Source of the DNA: Escherichia coli
GTDB taxonomy: Bacteria > Pseudomonadota > Gammaproteobacteria > Enterobacterales > Enterobacteriaceae
Strand: one strand, 5' to 3'
DNA length: 64,000 bases
Assembly: GCF_013122565.1 (NCBI RefSeq)
Contig: NZ_CP053258.1
Part shown: positions 21,190-31,750 of the stretch, one piece after another
Numbering within the stretch: the stretch's first letter is position 1
Layout: every line of letters begins with the position of its first letter
Notes under the pieces: generated by a model
Databases searched by the model: none
Told to the model about the DNA's origin: nothing
The model's input: only the letters and a program-made list of their open reading frames with translations
Program-made: the position numbers and the translations under genes

Positions 21190-22092
21190 ATGCAAATCAC
21201 CAACATGCATTGCAGTGGACAGACCGTTTCACTTGCCGCGGGGGATTATCACGCGACCATTGTGACCGTCGGTGCAGGTCTGGCTGAATTAACCTTTCAG
21301 GGCTGTCATTTAGTTATTCCGCATAAGCCCGAAGAGATGCCACTGGCACATCTGGGCAAAGTCCTTATTCCGTGGCCGAACCGGATCGCCAACGGCTGTT
21401 ACCGCTATCAGGGGCAGGATTATCAGTTACCCATTAATGAACATGGTTCAAAAGCCGCTATTCATGGGCTGCTCGCCTGGCGTGACTGGCAAATCAGCGA
21501 ATTAACCGCCACCAGCGTTACCCTGACAGCTTTTCTGCCGCCCAGTTACGGCTATCCGTTTATGCTGGCTTCGCAGGTTGTTTATTCGCTCAATGCACGC
21601 ACGGGTCTTTCCGTTGAGATCGCAAGCCAGAATATTGGTACTGTGACCGCACCCTATGGTGTGGGTATTCATCCTTATTTAACCTGCAACTTAACGCCTG
21701 TTGATGACTATGTATTCCAGCTTCCGGCAAACCAGGTTTATGCCGTCGATGAGCACGCGAATCCGACAACGCTTCACCACGTTGATGAGCTGGATTTAAA
21801 TTTCACGCAGGCGAAAAAAATAGCCGCGACAAAAATCGACCACACCTTTAAAACCGCGAATGATCTGTGGGAAATGACCATTACCCATCCAGAGCAAGCG
21901 CTTTCGGTAAGCCTTTGTTCCGATCAACCCTGGGTGCAGGTTTATAGCGGCGAAAAATTACAGCGTCAGGGACTGGCAGTTGAACCTATGAGTTGCCCAC
22001 CTAACGCCTTTAATTCAGGTCTCGACTTATTATTACTGGAACCAGGGAAAACGCACCGCCTGTTTTTTAATATTTACGGGCAGCACAATTAA
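21190..22092 (+). CDS. yihR: Aldose-1-epimerase family protein
   Basis: 300-aa ORF; start may be a few codons upstream. Confidence 0.8.
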   Translation: MQITNMHCSGQTVSLAAGDYHATIVTVGAGLAELTFQGCHLVIPHKPEEMPLAHLGKVLIPWPNRIANGCYRYQGQDYQLPINEHGSKAAIHGLLAWRDWQISELTATSVTLTAFLPPSYGYPFMLASQVVYSLNARTGLSVEIASQNIGTVTAPYGVGIHPYLTCNLTPVDDYVFQLPANQVYAVDEHANPTTLHHVDELDLNFTQAKKIAATKIDHTFKTANDLWEMTITHPEQALSVSLCSDQPWVQVYSGEKLQRQGLAVEPMSCPPNAFNSGLDLLLLEPGKTHRLFFNIYGQHN

Positions 22093-22152
22093 TTTTATTA
22101 AGAAAAGAACGAGATCATTGTTTAGAGTTGTATTTACGCAACAGGAAATATC

Positions 22153-23028
22153 ATGGACTTTTTTACGTTATTTTCACCGGATGGGGTCATGCTGGAAACA
22201 AACGTGGTATGTATCGTTATCGCGTTAATGTTTCTTTATACCTTTGTGGGGATATGCGCGGGATTTGGCGGTGGTTTAACCACTATGCCGCTCGTCACGT
22301 TAATGCTCCCCGTAAAAATGGCAACTCCGCTCTCGGTGATTGTCGGCACCGCGACCGCCTTGTACGCCACCTGGCTGTCACGTAAAGAAACGGATTGGCG
22401 ATCGGCAATGGTACTGATTATTTTCTCGTTTCTGGGAATACCCGTCGGTTTATATGCGCTGTCATATTTACCCGACCATTTTATGAAAGTGGGCTTAGGC
22501 GGATTCCTTATCCTCTACTCGTTTTATAGTATGTTTATTCCACGCCTGCCGATTTATGACCGCAACTGGATCGCCGCACCTATAGGCGCAGTAGCTGGCG
22601 CATTAGGCGCGGCGTTCTCAACCAACGGACCGCCGATGGTTATCTACGGTATGCTGCGTAACTTAGGCCCGGCGGCATTTCGCGGCACTCTGAACGCTTT
22701 CTTCACCGCAAACAACATCGCGGTGATCGGCGGACTGGCGACCAGCGGAATTTTGACTGTTTCTATCTTTAAACTGGTGCTGTTTTGTATTCCCACCATG
22801 ATCCTCGGTTCACTGGTTGGACAATATGTGCATAAACGCATTTCAGTCAAAGTGTTCCGTGTGATGGTCTTTTTGTTGCTGATTGCCTCCGGTTCTATGT
22901 TGATAAAAGGCGCGCTGGGAATTCCCGCTGCTGCCGCGCTTCTGCCTCCTTTTACCTTGTTAGTTATACTGCAACTGGCATTTGGTAAAAAAGTGGCGGC
23001 AATCCGCCGGGCTGAAGAAAGTAAATAA
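22153..23028 (+). CDS. TauE/SafE-like (sulfite/sulfonate exporter family) membrane protein
   Basis: 291-aa polytopic protein with Gly-rich TM helices; RBS aggaaa upstream; lies between yihR and yihQ, where I recall no gene in K-12. Confidence 0.6.
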   Translation: MDFFTLFSPDGVMLETNVVCIVIALMFLYTFVGICAGFGGGLTTMPLVTLMLPVKMATPLSVIVGTATALYATWLSRKETDWRSAMVLIIFSFLGIPVGLYALSYLPDHFMKVGLGGFLILYSFYSMFIPRLPIYDRNWIAAPIGAVAGALGAAFSTNGPPMVIYGMLRNLGPAAFRGTLNAFFTANNIAVIGGLATSGILTVSIFKLVLFCIPTMILGSLVGQYVHKRISVKVFRVMVFLLLIASGSMLIKGALGIPAAAALLPPFTLLVILQLAFGKKVAAIRRAEESK

Positions 23029-23136
23029 TCACTTATGCGGGTTTTAATTTATACCAGCACCACATTCTTTAATTAATGAAACCTGTAACAACAGGATGGC
23101 ATGAAATATTAGCTTTATACTCTATGGAGATTATTT

Positions 23137-25173
23137 ATGGATACGCCACGCCCACAATTACCAGATTTTCAGTTTCATCAGAATAACGACAGTTTTACCC
23201 TACATTTTCAACAGCGTCTTATTTTAACCCATAGCAAAGATAATCCTTGTTTATGGATTGGTTCAGGTATTGCGGATATCGATATGTTCCGCGGCAATTT
23301 CAGCATTAAAGATAAACTACAGGAGAAAATTGCGCTTACCGACGCCATCGTCAGCCAGTCACCGGATGGTTGGTTAATCCATTTCAGCCGTGGTTCTGAC
23401 ATTAGCGCCACGCTGAATATCTCTGCCGACGATCAGGGCCGTTTATTGCTGGAACTACAAAACGACAACCTTAACCACAACCGTATCTGGCTGCGCCTTG
23501 CCGCTCAACCAGAGGACCATATCTACGGCTGCGGCGAACAGTTTTCCTACTTCGATCTGCGCGGCAAACCGTTCCCGCTATGGACCAGTGAACAAGGCGT
23601 TGGTCGCAACAAACAAACCTATGTCACCTGGCAGGCCGACTGCAAAGAAAATGCGGGCGGCGACTATTACTGGACTTTCTTCCCACAGCCTACGTTTGTC
23701 AGCACGCAGAAGTATTACTGCCATGTTAATAACAGTTGCTACATGAACTTCGACTTTAGCGCCCCGGAATACCATGAACTGGCGCTGTGGGAAGACAAAG
23801 CTACGCTACGTTTTGAATGTGCTGACACATACATCTCCCTGCTGGAAAAATTAACTGCCCTGCTGGGACGCCAGCCAGAACTGCCCGACTGGATTTATGA
23901 CGGGGTAACGTTCGGCATTCAGGGCGGGACGGAAGTGTGCCAGAAGAAACTGGACACCATGCGTAACGCGGGCGTGAAAGTCAACGGCATCTGGGCGCAG
24001 GACTGGTCCGGGATCCGTATGACCTCTTTTGGCAAGCGCGTAATGTGGAACTGGAAGTGGAACAGCGAAAACTACCCGCAACTGGATTCACGCATTAAGC
24101 AGTGGAATCAGGAGGGCGTGCAGTTCCTGGCCTATATCAACCCGTATGTAGCCAGCGATAAAGATCTCTGCGAAGAGGCGGCAAAGCGCGGTTATCTGGC
24201 AAAAGATGCCTCTGGCGGTGACTATCTGGTGGAGTTTGGCGAGTTTTACGGCGGCGTTGTCGATCTCACTAATCCGGAAGCCTACGCCTGGTTCAAGGAA
24301 GTTATCAAAAAGAACATGATTGAACTCGGCTGCGGCGGCTGGATGGCTGACTTCGGCGAGTATCTGCCCACCGACACTTACCTGCATAACGGCGTCAGCG
24401 CGGAAATTATGCATAACGCCTGGCCTGCGCTGTGGGCGAAGTGTAACTACGAAGCCCTTGAAGAAACGGGCAAGCTCGGCGAGATCCTTTTCTTTATGCG
24501 CGCCGGTTCTACCGGTAGCCAGAAATACTCCACCATGATGTGGGCGGGCGACCAGAACGTCGACTGGAGTCTCGACGATGGCCTGGCGTCGGTTGTCCCG
24601 GCGGCGCTGTCGCTGGCAATGACCGGACATGGCCTGCATCACAGCGACATTGGCGGTTACACCACCCTGTTTGAGATGAAGCGCAGCAAAGAGCTGCTGC
24701 TGCGCTGGTGCGATTTCAGCGCCTTCACGCCGATGATGCGCACCCACGAAGGTAACCGTCCGGGCGACAACTGGCAGTTTGACGGCGACGCGGAAACTAT
24801 CGCCCATTTCGCCCGTATGACCACCGTCTTCACCACCCTGAAACCTTACCTGAAAGAGGCCGTCGCGCTGAATGCGAAGTCTGGCCTACCGGTTATGCGC
24901 CCGCTGTTCCTTCATTACGAAGACGATGCGCACACTTACACCCTGAAATATCAGTACCTGTTAGGTCGCGACATTCTGGTCGCTCCGGTGCATGAAGAAG
25001 GCCGTAGCGACTGGACGCTCTATCTACCGGAGGATAACTGGGTCCACGCCTGGACGGGTGAAGCGTTCCGGGGCGGGGAAGTTACCGTTAATGCGCCCAT
25101 CGGCAAGCCGCCGGTCTTTTATCGCGCCGATAGCGAATGGGCGGCACTGTTCGCGTCGTTAAAAAGCATCTAA
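23137..25173 (+). CDS. yihQ: Sulfoquinovosidase (GH31)
   Basis: 678 aa; WAQDW and MWAGDQ glycoside-hydrolase motifs. Confidence 0.85.
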   Translation: MDTPRPQLPDFQFHQNNDSFTLHFQQRLILTHSKDNPCLWIGSGIADIDMFRGNFSIKDKLQEKIALTDAIVSQSPDGWLIHFSRGSDISATLNISADDQGRLLLELQNDNLNHNRIWLRLAAQPEDHIYGCGEQFSYFDLRGKPFPLWTSEQGVGRNKQTYVTWQADCKENAGGDYYWTFFPQPTFVSTQKYYCHVNNSCYMNFDFSAPEYHELALWEDKATLRFECADTYISLLEKLTALLGRQPELPDWIYDGVTFGIQGGTEVCQKKLDTMRNAGVKVNGIWAQDWSGIRMTSFGKRVMWNWKWNSENYPQLDSRIKQWNQEGVQFLAYINPYVASDKDLCEEAAKRGYLAKDASGGDYLVEFGEFYGGVVDLTNPEAYAWFKEVIKKNMIELGCGGWMADFGEYLPTDTYLHNGVSAEIMHNAWPALWAKCNYEALEETGKLGEILFFMRAGSTGSQKYSTMMWAGDQNVDWSLDDGLASVVPAALSLAMTGHGLHHSDIGGYTTLFEMKRSKELLLRWCDFSAFTPMMRTHEGNRPGDNWQFDGDAETIAHFARMTTVFTTLKPYLKEAVALNAKSGLPVMRPLFLHYEDDAHTYTLKYQYLLGRDILVAPVHEEGRSDWTLYLPEDNWVHAWTGEAFRGGEVTVNAPIGKPPVFYRADSEWAALFASLKSI

Positions 25174-25218
25174 TCACATCCGCCCGTGGGGAAACTCACG
25201 GGCAAAGGGAGAACAACG

Positions 25219-26604
25219 ATGAGTCACATCACAACGGAAGATCCGGCAACTTTGCGCCTGCCCTTTAAAGAGAAACTCTCTTACGGTATTGGCGACCTGG
25301 CCTCTAACATTTTGCTGGATATCGGCACGCTTTATCTTTTGAAGTTTTATACCGACGTTCTGGGGCTGCCTGGCACCTATGGCGGCATTATCTTTTTGAT
25401 CTCGAAATTCTTTACCGCCTTTACCGATATGGGAACCGGCATCATGTTGGATTCCCGACGCAAGATCGGTCCAAAAGGTAAATTCCGTCCTTTTATTCTG
25501 TATGCGTCATTCCCGGTTACCTTATTGGCAATCGCTAACTTTATCGGCACACCGTTCGATGTCACCGGTAAAACGGTGATGGCCACTATTCTGTTTATGC
25601 TTTACGGACTGTTTTTCAGCATGATGAACTGCTCCTACGGCGCAATGGTTCCCGCCATTACCAAAAACCCCAACGAACGCGCCTCGCTGGCAGCATGGCG
25701 TCAGGGCGGCGCTACGCTGGGCCTGCTGCTGTGCACGGTGGGATTCGTGCCGGTTATGAATCTTATCGAGGGTAATCAGCAACTTGGCTATATCTTCGCC
25801 GCCACGCTGTTTTCACTGTTTGGCCTGCTGTTTATGTGGATCTGCTATTCGGGCGTGAAAGAGCGTTATGTCGAAACCCAACCTACCAATCCGGCGCAAA
25901 AGCCTGGCCTGCTGCAATCTTTCCGCGCAATTGCCGGTAACCGCCCACTGTTCATTCTGTGCATTGCCAACCTCTGCACTTTAGGGGCGTTTAACGTCAA
26001 GCTCGCCATCCAGGTCTATTACACCCAGTACGTACTTAACGATCCCATCCTGTTGTCATATATGGGATTTTTCAGCATGGGCTGTATTTTCATCGGCGTG
26101 TTCCTGATGCCTGGCGCAGTCAGGCGTTTTGGTAAGAAGAAGGTCTATATCGGCGGCCTGCTGATTTGGGTGCTGGGCGATCTGCTCAACTATTTCTTCG
26201 GCGGCGGTTCGGTCAGCTTCGTGGCGTTCTCCTGCCTGGCATTCTTCGGCTCAGCGTTTGTTAACAGCCTGAACTGGGCGCTGGTTTCCGACACCGTCGA
26301 GTACGGCGAGTGGCGTACCGGCGTTCGTTCGGAAGGAACGGTCTACACCGGCTTCACCTTCTTTCGCAAAGTGTCTCAGGCGCTGGCTGGTTTCTTCCCC
26401 GGCTGGATGCTGACGCAAATCGGTTATGTGCCGAACGTGGCGCAGGCTGACCACACCATTGAAGGGTTGCGCCAGCTGATCTTCATCTACCCAAGCGCAC
26501 TGGCGGTAGTCACCATTGTGGCGATGGGCTGCTTCTACAGCCTGAACGAGAAGATGTATGTCCGCATTGTTGAAGAAATAGAAGCCCGTAAACGCACGGC
26601 GTAA
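25219..26604 (+). CDS. yihP: GPH-family sugar/sulfonate:cation symporter
   Basis: 12-TM transporter, paralog of the next gene; 461 aa from MSHITTED. Confidence 0.8.
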   Translation: MSHITTEDPATLRLPFKEKLSYGIGDLASNILLDIGTLYLLKFYTDVLGLPGTYGGIIFLISKFFTAFTDMGTGIMLDSRRKIGPKGKFRPFILYASFPVTLLAIANFIGTPFDVTGKTVMATILFMLYGLFFSMMNCSYGAMVPAITKNPNERASLAAWRQGGATLGLLLCTVGFVPVMNLIEGNQQLGYIFAATLFSLFGLLFMWICYSGVKERYVETQPTNPAQKPGLLQSFRAIAGNRPLFILCIANLCTLGAFNVKLAIQVYYTQYVLNDPILLSYMGFFSMGCIFIGVFLMPGAVRRFGKKKVYIGGLLIWVLGDLLNYFFGGGSVSFVAFSCLAFFGSAFVNSLNWALVSDTVEYGEWRTGVRSEGTVYTGFTFFRKVSQALAGFFPGWMLTQIGYVPNVAQADHTIEGLRQLIFIYPSALAVVTIVAMGCFYSLNEKMYVRIVEEIEARKRTA

Positions 26605-26646
26605 TAATAATAAACAACGCCCTGCGGGGCGTTATAAGGAGTGATT

Positions 26647-28050
26647 ATGTCTGACCATAATCCACTGACATTAAAACTGAATCTGCGGGAAAAAATCGCC
26701 TATGGTATGGGCGACGTCGGTTCGAATTTAATGCTCTGCATCGGTACTCTGTATCTCCTCAAATTTTATACCGATGAATTAGGGATGCCTGCTTACTATG
26801 GCGGGATTATCTTTCTGGTGGCGAAGTTTTTTACCGCGTTTACCGATATGCTCACCGGATTTTTACTCGACTCGCGGAAAAATATTGGGCCTAAAGGCAA
26901 ATTTCGTCCCTTTATTTTATATGCAGCAGTTCCGGCGGCGTTAATTGCAACGCTCCAGTTTATCGCCACCACCTTTTGTTTGCCGGTTAAAACGACGATT
27001 GCCACCGCGCTGTTTATGATGTTTGGACTTTCATACAGTCTGATGAACTGCTCGTATGGTGCGATGATCCCGGCAATTACCAAAAACCCGAATGAGCGCG
27101 CGCAGCTCGCGGCTTACCGCCAGGGTGGTGCAACCATAGGGCTATTGATTTGTACCGTGGCGTTTATTCCGTTGCAGTCGCTTTTTTCTGACTCAACCGT
27201 CGGTTATGCCTGTGCGGCACTTATGTTCTCCATTGGCGGCTTTATTTTTATGATGCTGTGCTACAGAGGCGTCAAAGAGCATTATGTGGACACAGCGCCA
27301 ACCGGACATAAAGCCAGTATTCTCAAATCTTTTTGCGCGATATTTCGTAATCCACCATTGCTGGTTTTATGCATTGCTAACCTGTGTACTCTGGCGGCAT
27401 TTAATATCAAACTGGCGATTCAGGTCTATTACACCCAGTATGTGCTGAATGATATTAATTTATTGTCGTGGATGGGATTCTTCAGTATGGGATGCATCCT
27501 CGTCGGCGTATTACTGGTGCCAGTAACTGTAAAATGTTTTGGTAAAAAACAGGTTTATTTAGCTGGCATGGTGCTATGGGCGGTGGGTGATATACTGAAT
27601 TATTTCTGGGGAAGTAACTCTTTCACTTTCGTCATGTTCTCTTGTGTCGCCTTTTTTGGCACGGCCTTTGTAAACAGCCTGAACTGGGCACTGGTACCAG
27701 ATACCGTAGATTACGGTGAATGGAAAACCGGTATTCGTGCCGAAGGTTCTGTTTATACCGGTTATACCTTCTTTCGTAAAATTTCTGCCGCACTTGCTGG
27801 CTTCTTGCCAGGCATTATGCTGACGCAAATCGGTTATGTTCCCAACATCGCGCAAAGTGATGCGACATTACAGGGTTTGCGTCAGCTCATTTTTATCTGG
27901 CCTTGTGCACTGGCAATTATTGCTGCATTGACGATGGGATTCTTTTACACACTCAATGAAAAACGGTTTGCGTTGATTATTGAGGAAATCAACCAACGCA
28001 AAAATAAAGAGATGGCGACAGAAGAAAAAACGGCTTCCGTAACGTTATAA
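26647..28050 (+). CDS. yihO: GPH-family sulfoquinovose transporter
   Basis: 467 aa from MSDHNPL; paralogous to yihP. Confidence 0.8.
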   Translation: MSDHNPLTLKLNLREKIAYGMGDVGSNLMLCIGTLYLLKFYTDELGMPAYYGGIIFLVAKFFTAFTDMLTGFLLDSRKNIGPKGKFRPFILYAAVPAALIATLQFIATTFCLPVKTTIATALFMMFGLSYSLMNCSYGAMIPAITKNPNERAQLAAYRQGGATIGLLICTVAFIPLQSLFSDSTVGYACAALMFSIGGFIFMMLCYRGVKEHYVDTAPTGHKASILKSFCAIFRNPPLLVLCIANLCTLAAFNIKLAIQVYYTQYVLNDINLLSWMGFFSMGCILVGVLLVPVTVKCFGKKQVYLAGMVLWAVGDILNYFWGSNSFTFVMFSCVAFFGTAFVNSLNWALVPDTVDYGEWKTGIRAEGSVYTGYTFFRKISAALAGFLPGIMLTQIGYVPNIAQSDATLQGLRQLIFIWPCALAIIAALTMGFFYTLNEKRFALIIEEINQRKNKEMATEEKTASVTL

Positions 28051-28116
28051 ATGTCAATAGCCGCTATTTCCATCCTGGTGGGTGGCGGCCTCCCTACGTT
28101 TAAAAATGGACTTATT

Positions 28117-28809
28117 ATGAAAAAGATTAATGCAATAATTTTATTATCTTCTCTGACCTCTGCCTCAGTATTCGCTGGCGCATACGTCGAAAACAGGGAG
28201 GCATATAATCTCGCCTCCGATCAGGGCGAGGTTATGCTACGTGTGGGTTATAACTTCGATATGGGCGCGGGTATTATGTTAACCAATACCTATAACTATC
28301 AGCGAGAAGATGAACTAAAACATGGATATAACGAAATCGAAGGTTGGTATCCTTTATTTAAACCAACCGATAAATTAACCATCCAGCCCGGTGGCTTAAT
28401 TAATGATAAGAGTATCGGTTCGGGTGGTGCAGTTTATCTGGATGTTAACTACAAATTTACTCCGTGGTTTAACCTGACGGTGCGTAATCGTTTTAACCAT
28501 AATAACTACAGCTCAACCGATTTAAACGGTGATCTGGATAATAATGACAGCTACGAGATTGGCAACTACTGGAACTTTATTATTACCGATAAGTTCTCAT
28601 ATACCTTTGAACCGCATTATTTTTATAACATTAATGATTTCAATAGCAGCAATGGTACGAAGCATCACTGGGAAATCACTAACACCTTCCGTTATCGCAT
28701 TAATGAGCACTGGCTGCCCTATATTGAATTGCGCTGGTTAGACCGCAACGTCGAGCCGTACCACCGTGAGCAAAACCAGATTCGTATCGGGACGAAGTAT
28801 TTCTTCTGA
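28117..28809 (+). CDS. ompL: Outer membrane porin OmpL
   Basis: Signal peptide MKKINAIILLSSLTSASVFA and terminal aromatic residue (..GTKYFF). Confidence 0.85.
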   Translation: MKKINAIILLSSLTSASVFAGAYVENREAYNLASDQGEVMLRVGYNFDMGAGIMLTNTYNYQREDELKHGYNEIEGWYPLFKPTDKLTIQPGGLINDKSIGSGGAVYLDVNYKFTPWFNLTVRNRFNHNNYSSTDLNGDLDNNDSYEIGNYWNFIITDKFSYTFEPHYFYNINDFNSSNGTKHHWEITNTFRYRINEHWLPYIELRWLDRNVEPYHREQNQIRIGTKYFF

Positions 28810-28820
28810 TGTAAAAATGT

Positions 28821-28850
28821 AAAAAGCCGCTGATATTTAAGCGGCTTTTT
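28821..28850 (+). terminator. Rho-independent terminator after ompL
   Basis: aaaaagccgctgatatttaagcggcttttt stem-loop with T-run. Confidence 0.8.
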
Positions 28851-28989
28851 ACACAGATATTCACAATATAAATAACTCTCCATAATTATATAACTACGTT
28901 GATTATAAAATATTCCTCGTCCTCTCTATCAAAGCCATTGACTACTCGGTAAGATCTTTTCCACTGCAACACTCACAAGGAATGAGAAA

Positions 28990-29838
28990 ATGGAAAAGAA
29001 ATTTTTTATGGATTGGGATAATGAAATCCCGCAAGAAGAATTTATTAACAATATTTTAGCCGATGAAGACCTACCCAAACTTCGCTCTCTGATTATTGGT
29101 CGTTGGGGGGAGTGCTGGGATGAGGAAAGTTGCCAATCGATAATCGACATGTTTGTTGAACATGCTGAACGCTTCACGCATCTTGAATCCCTGTATGTCG
29201 GCGATATGGAAAGTGATGAGTGTGAGATTTCGTGGATAAAACAAGGGGATTATTCTCGTCTGTATGCTGCGCTGCCGAATCTGAAAAAGCTGACAATTAA
29301 AGGTACTCAGGGCCTGGAACTGGGAGAAATCGCCCACGACAAGCTTGAGCATCTGGAAATTATCTCTGGCGGTACGCCGTGCGACGTGTTCGCTTCATTG
29401 CAAAATTCCCACCTGCCTGCGTTAAAAACACTTATCGTTTATATTGGCGTTGAGAATTATGGTTTTGATGCATCGCTGGATATCGTGATGAAGCTGGCGT
29501 TGAAATCCCTCTTCCCGAGCCTGACGCATCTTGGCCTGGTGAACAGCGAAGAGCAAAACGAAATCGTCCGCCGCGTGCTGGAAAGCGATATTCTGCCACA
29601 ACTGGAAGTGCTGGAACTTTCCTTGGGTACACTCACCGACGAAGGCGCGGAGTCTCTTCTCAAACATGCCGATCGCCTTAGCCATCTGAAACTGCTGGAT
29701 TTGCATCATCATTACCTTACAGAAAAAATGCAGGAAAAATTGCAGAAAACGCTACCGATCGAAGTGGATGTCTCATACAGAAATAAACCGCGTACTTATA
29801 GTGATAGAGTTTATATGACTCCCATGTTTACCGAATAA
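28990..29838 (+). CDS. Acidic cytoplasmic leucine-rich-repeat-like protein
   Basis: 282 aa; repeated LxxLxxLxL segments (LPNLKKLTI, LEHLEII, LPALKTLIV, LTHLGLV, LPQLEVLEL, LSHLKLLDL); RBS aaggaatgag. Confidence 0.5.
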   Translation: MEKKFFMDWDNEIPQEEFINNILADEDLPKLRSLIIGRWGECWDEESCQSIIDMFVEHAERFTHLESLYVGDMESDECEISWIKQGDYSRLYAALPNLKKLTIKGTQGLELGEIAHDKLEHLEIISGGTPCDVFASLQNSHLPALKTLIVYIGVENYGFDASLDIVMKLALKSLFPSLTHLGLVNSEEQNEIVRRVLESDILPQLEVLELSLGTLTDEGAESLLKHADRLSHLKLLDLHHHYLTEKMQEKLQKTLPIEVDVSYRNKPRTYSDRVYMTPMFTE

Positions 29839-29898
29839 AGTGCCTATAACAGGAGATGGCAACATCTCCTGTTATTTATCACAGAAAAGGAATTCTTC

Positions 29899-30885
29899 GT
29901 GATTACGCTAATTTGTCATCCTGAAAGCAAACGCACATTTTATTTTTTCCAGGCCGCGTCACGCTTGCAGGAACATATCAACGTAGTGAGCTATGATCAA
30001 GCACTTACCCTGCCCTTAAATAAAGGCATGGTAAAAATTGATCCCCCCTTACATCAGGAAACAGATATTCGCTTAATTAATACGGTTAGCCAAAACTATA
30101 TTACTTTTTTACAAAAAATGGCTAACCGAAGAGAAATCCGTTTTATTAACTCGCCAGAAGGTATCATTCATCTTCTGGATAAACGCCACTGTAAGCAACG
30201 ATTAATTGAACACGCGATCCCGACACCGCCAATATTAGCGGATGATATCCGTAGCTACGATCAACTGATCGCCTGTATGCGCAGCGAAAAGGTTTATCGC
30301 GTGTTTATTAAGCCGAATTTCGGATCAGGGGCCGCCGGGGTGCTGGCATTGAGTTTACATCCCGGCGATAACCGCCAGGTGCTTTATTGCGCCATCCAGG
30401 TTGCAGGTGACAGGCTGGTGAACAGTAAACATATTATCCGCTATGAAAACAGCGATGATATTACGTTGATTGTGAATGCTATTTTACAACAAGAAAATAT
30501 TATCGAATGCTGGCTGGCAAAAGCCAGAGTGGGCAATAAAAGCTACGATTTACGAATAGTATACGTTAATGGCGAAATCGTCTGGCGGGTTGTCAGAACA
30601 TCATCACAGCCGATCACCAATTTGCATCTACAAAATGAAGCTATCCGTTTTGCCGATCTTAATTTACCCGCAGAAAAAGTTACTGAAATTGACACGCTTT
30701 GTCTCAACGCCATGAAACTCTACCCGGACGTACACATTGCCGGGATTGACGTATTACTCACGCAAAACTTAACCCCCTATATTATCGAAATTAACGGCCA
30801 GGGCGATCTTATTTATCAGGACACCTGCGAACAAAACATAATTTATCAACGCCAGATTCAGGTAATGAGAGAACACCATGTATAA
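29899..30885 (+). CDS. ATP-grasp ligase (RimK-like)
   Basis: GTG start with RBS; KPNFGSGAAGV and ...YIIEINGQGDL resemble ATP-grasp motifs; 8-nt overlap with next ORF. Confidence 0.55.
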   Translation: MITLICHPESKRTFYFFQAASRLQEHINVVSYDQALTLPLNKGMVKIDPPLHQETDIRLINTVSQNYITFLQKMANRREIRFINSPEGIIHLLDKRHCKQRLIEHAIPTPPILADDIRSYDQLIACMRSEKVYRVFIKPNFGSGAAGVLALSLHPGDNRQVLYCAIQVAGDRLVNSKHIIRYENSDDITLIVNAILQQENIIECWLAKARVGNKSYDLRIVYVNGEIVWRVVRTSSQPITNLHLQNEAIRFADLNLPAEKVTEIDTLCLNAMKLYPDVHIAGIDVLLTQNLTPYIIEINGQGDLIYQDTCEQNIIYQRQIQVMREHHV

Positions 30886-31750
30886 CGTAACTGACGAAGT
30901 ACCAGAAAATACCCGCACGGCAATCCATTCCTGCGATGGCGAAATCAATATGAATGATTTGATTGCCAGGGAAGCGAACGTTCTGTTTGTGGTGCTTGAT
31001 TCCCTGCGTTTTGATATTGCGTTTCAGGAACAAGAGGCGGGCAATACGCCGAACATTAACCGCTATGGTCGCTGGATAAAGTGCGAAGCCGCTGGCAATT
31101 TTACCTGGCCTTCGCATCATTCGATGTTTTCTGGTTTTATGCCTAAGCCACTGGAAGCCGCACCAGGTCATTCAATGCTCTTTTTTCCCAAAGATATTGG
31201 CTTAGGGCGTTTAGGACCAAAAAATGCGTTCGCATTCAGTGAAGAGACGTGGATTAAGGGGATGGAAAACAAAGGTTACCGCACTATCTGCGTGGGTGGC
31301 GTCTCCTTTTTTAATAACCGTTCAGGGATGGGAAAAGTGTTCCCGGCGATGTTTAAAGAGAGTTACTGGTATCCTAATTTCTCCTGCACGGTGAAAGAGA
31401 GCATGGATAATCAGCTCACCTTAATTAACAAAAAGGTGAACGCTGAACAGCCGCTGATGATGTATATCAATATCGACACCATTCATTATCCGAATCACTT
31501 TTATATTGAAAATGCCAAACCTGGCGATACGGTAGAAACGCATGCCGCTGCCCTACATTATATTGATGCCAGAATCGATAAACTTTTTGATATCTTTCGG
31601 CAAACCAGGAGGGAGACGTTAGTTATTCTCTGTTCCGATCATGGCACCTGCTACGGGGAAGACGGTAAATATTTCCACAGTTTTAACCATCCGATTGTGA
31701 ATACCGTACCCTATTTTCACTTTGTGTTAGACGGCAAAACCCATGAATAA
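30878..31750 (+). CDS. Alkaline-phosphatase-superfamily metalloenzyme (sulfatase/phosphotransferase-like)
   Basis: N-terminal VLDSLRFD and C-terminal LCSDHGTCYGEDG metal-binding-type motifs. Confidence 0.5.
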   Translation: MYNVTDEVPENTRTAIHSCDGEINMNDLIAREANVLFVVLDSLRFDIAFQEQEAGNTPNINRYGRWIKCEAAGNFTWPSHHSMFSGFMPKPLEAAPGHSMLFFPKDIGLGRLGPKNAFAFSEETWIKGMENKGYRTICVGGVSFFNNRSGMGKVFPAMFKESYWYPNFSCTVKESMDNQLTLINKKVNAEQPLMMYINIDTIHYPNHFYIENAKPGDTVETHAAALHYIDARIDKLFDIFRQTRRETLVILCSDHGTCYGEDGKYFHSFNHPIVNTVPYFHFVLDGKTHE

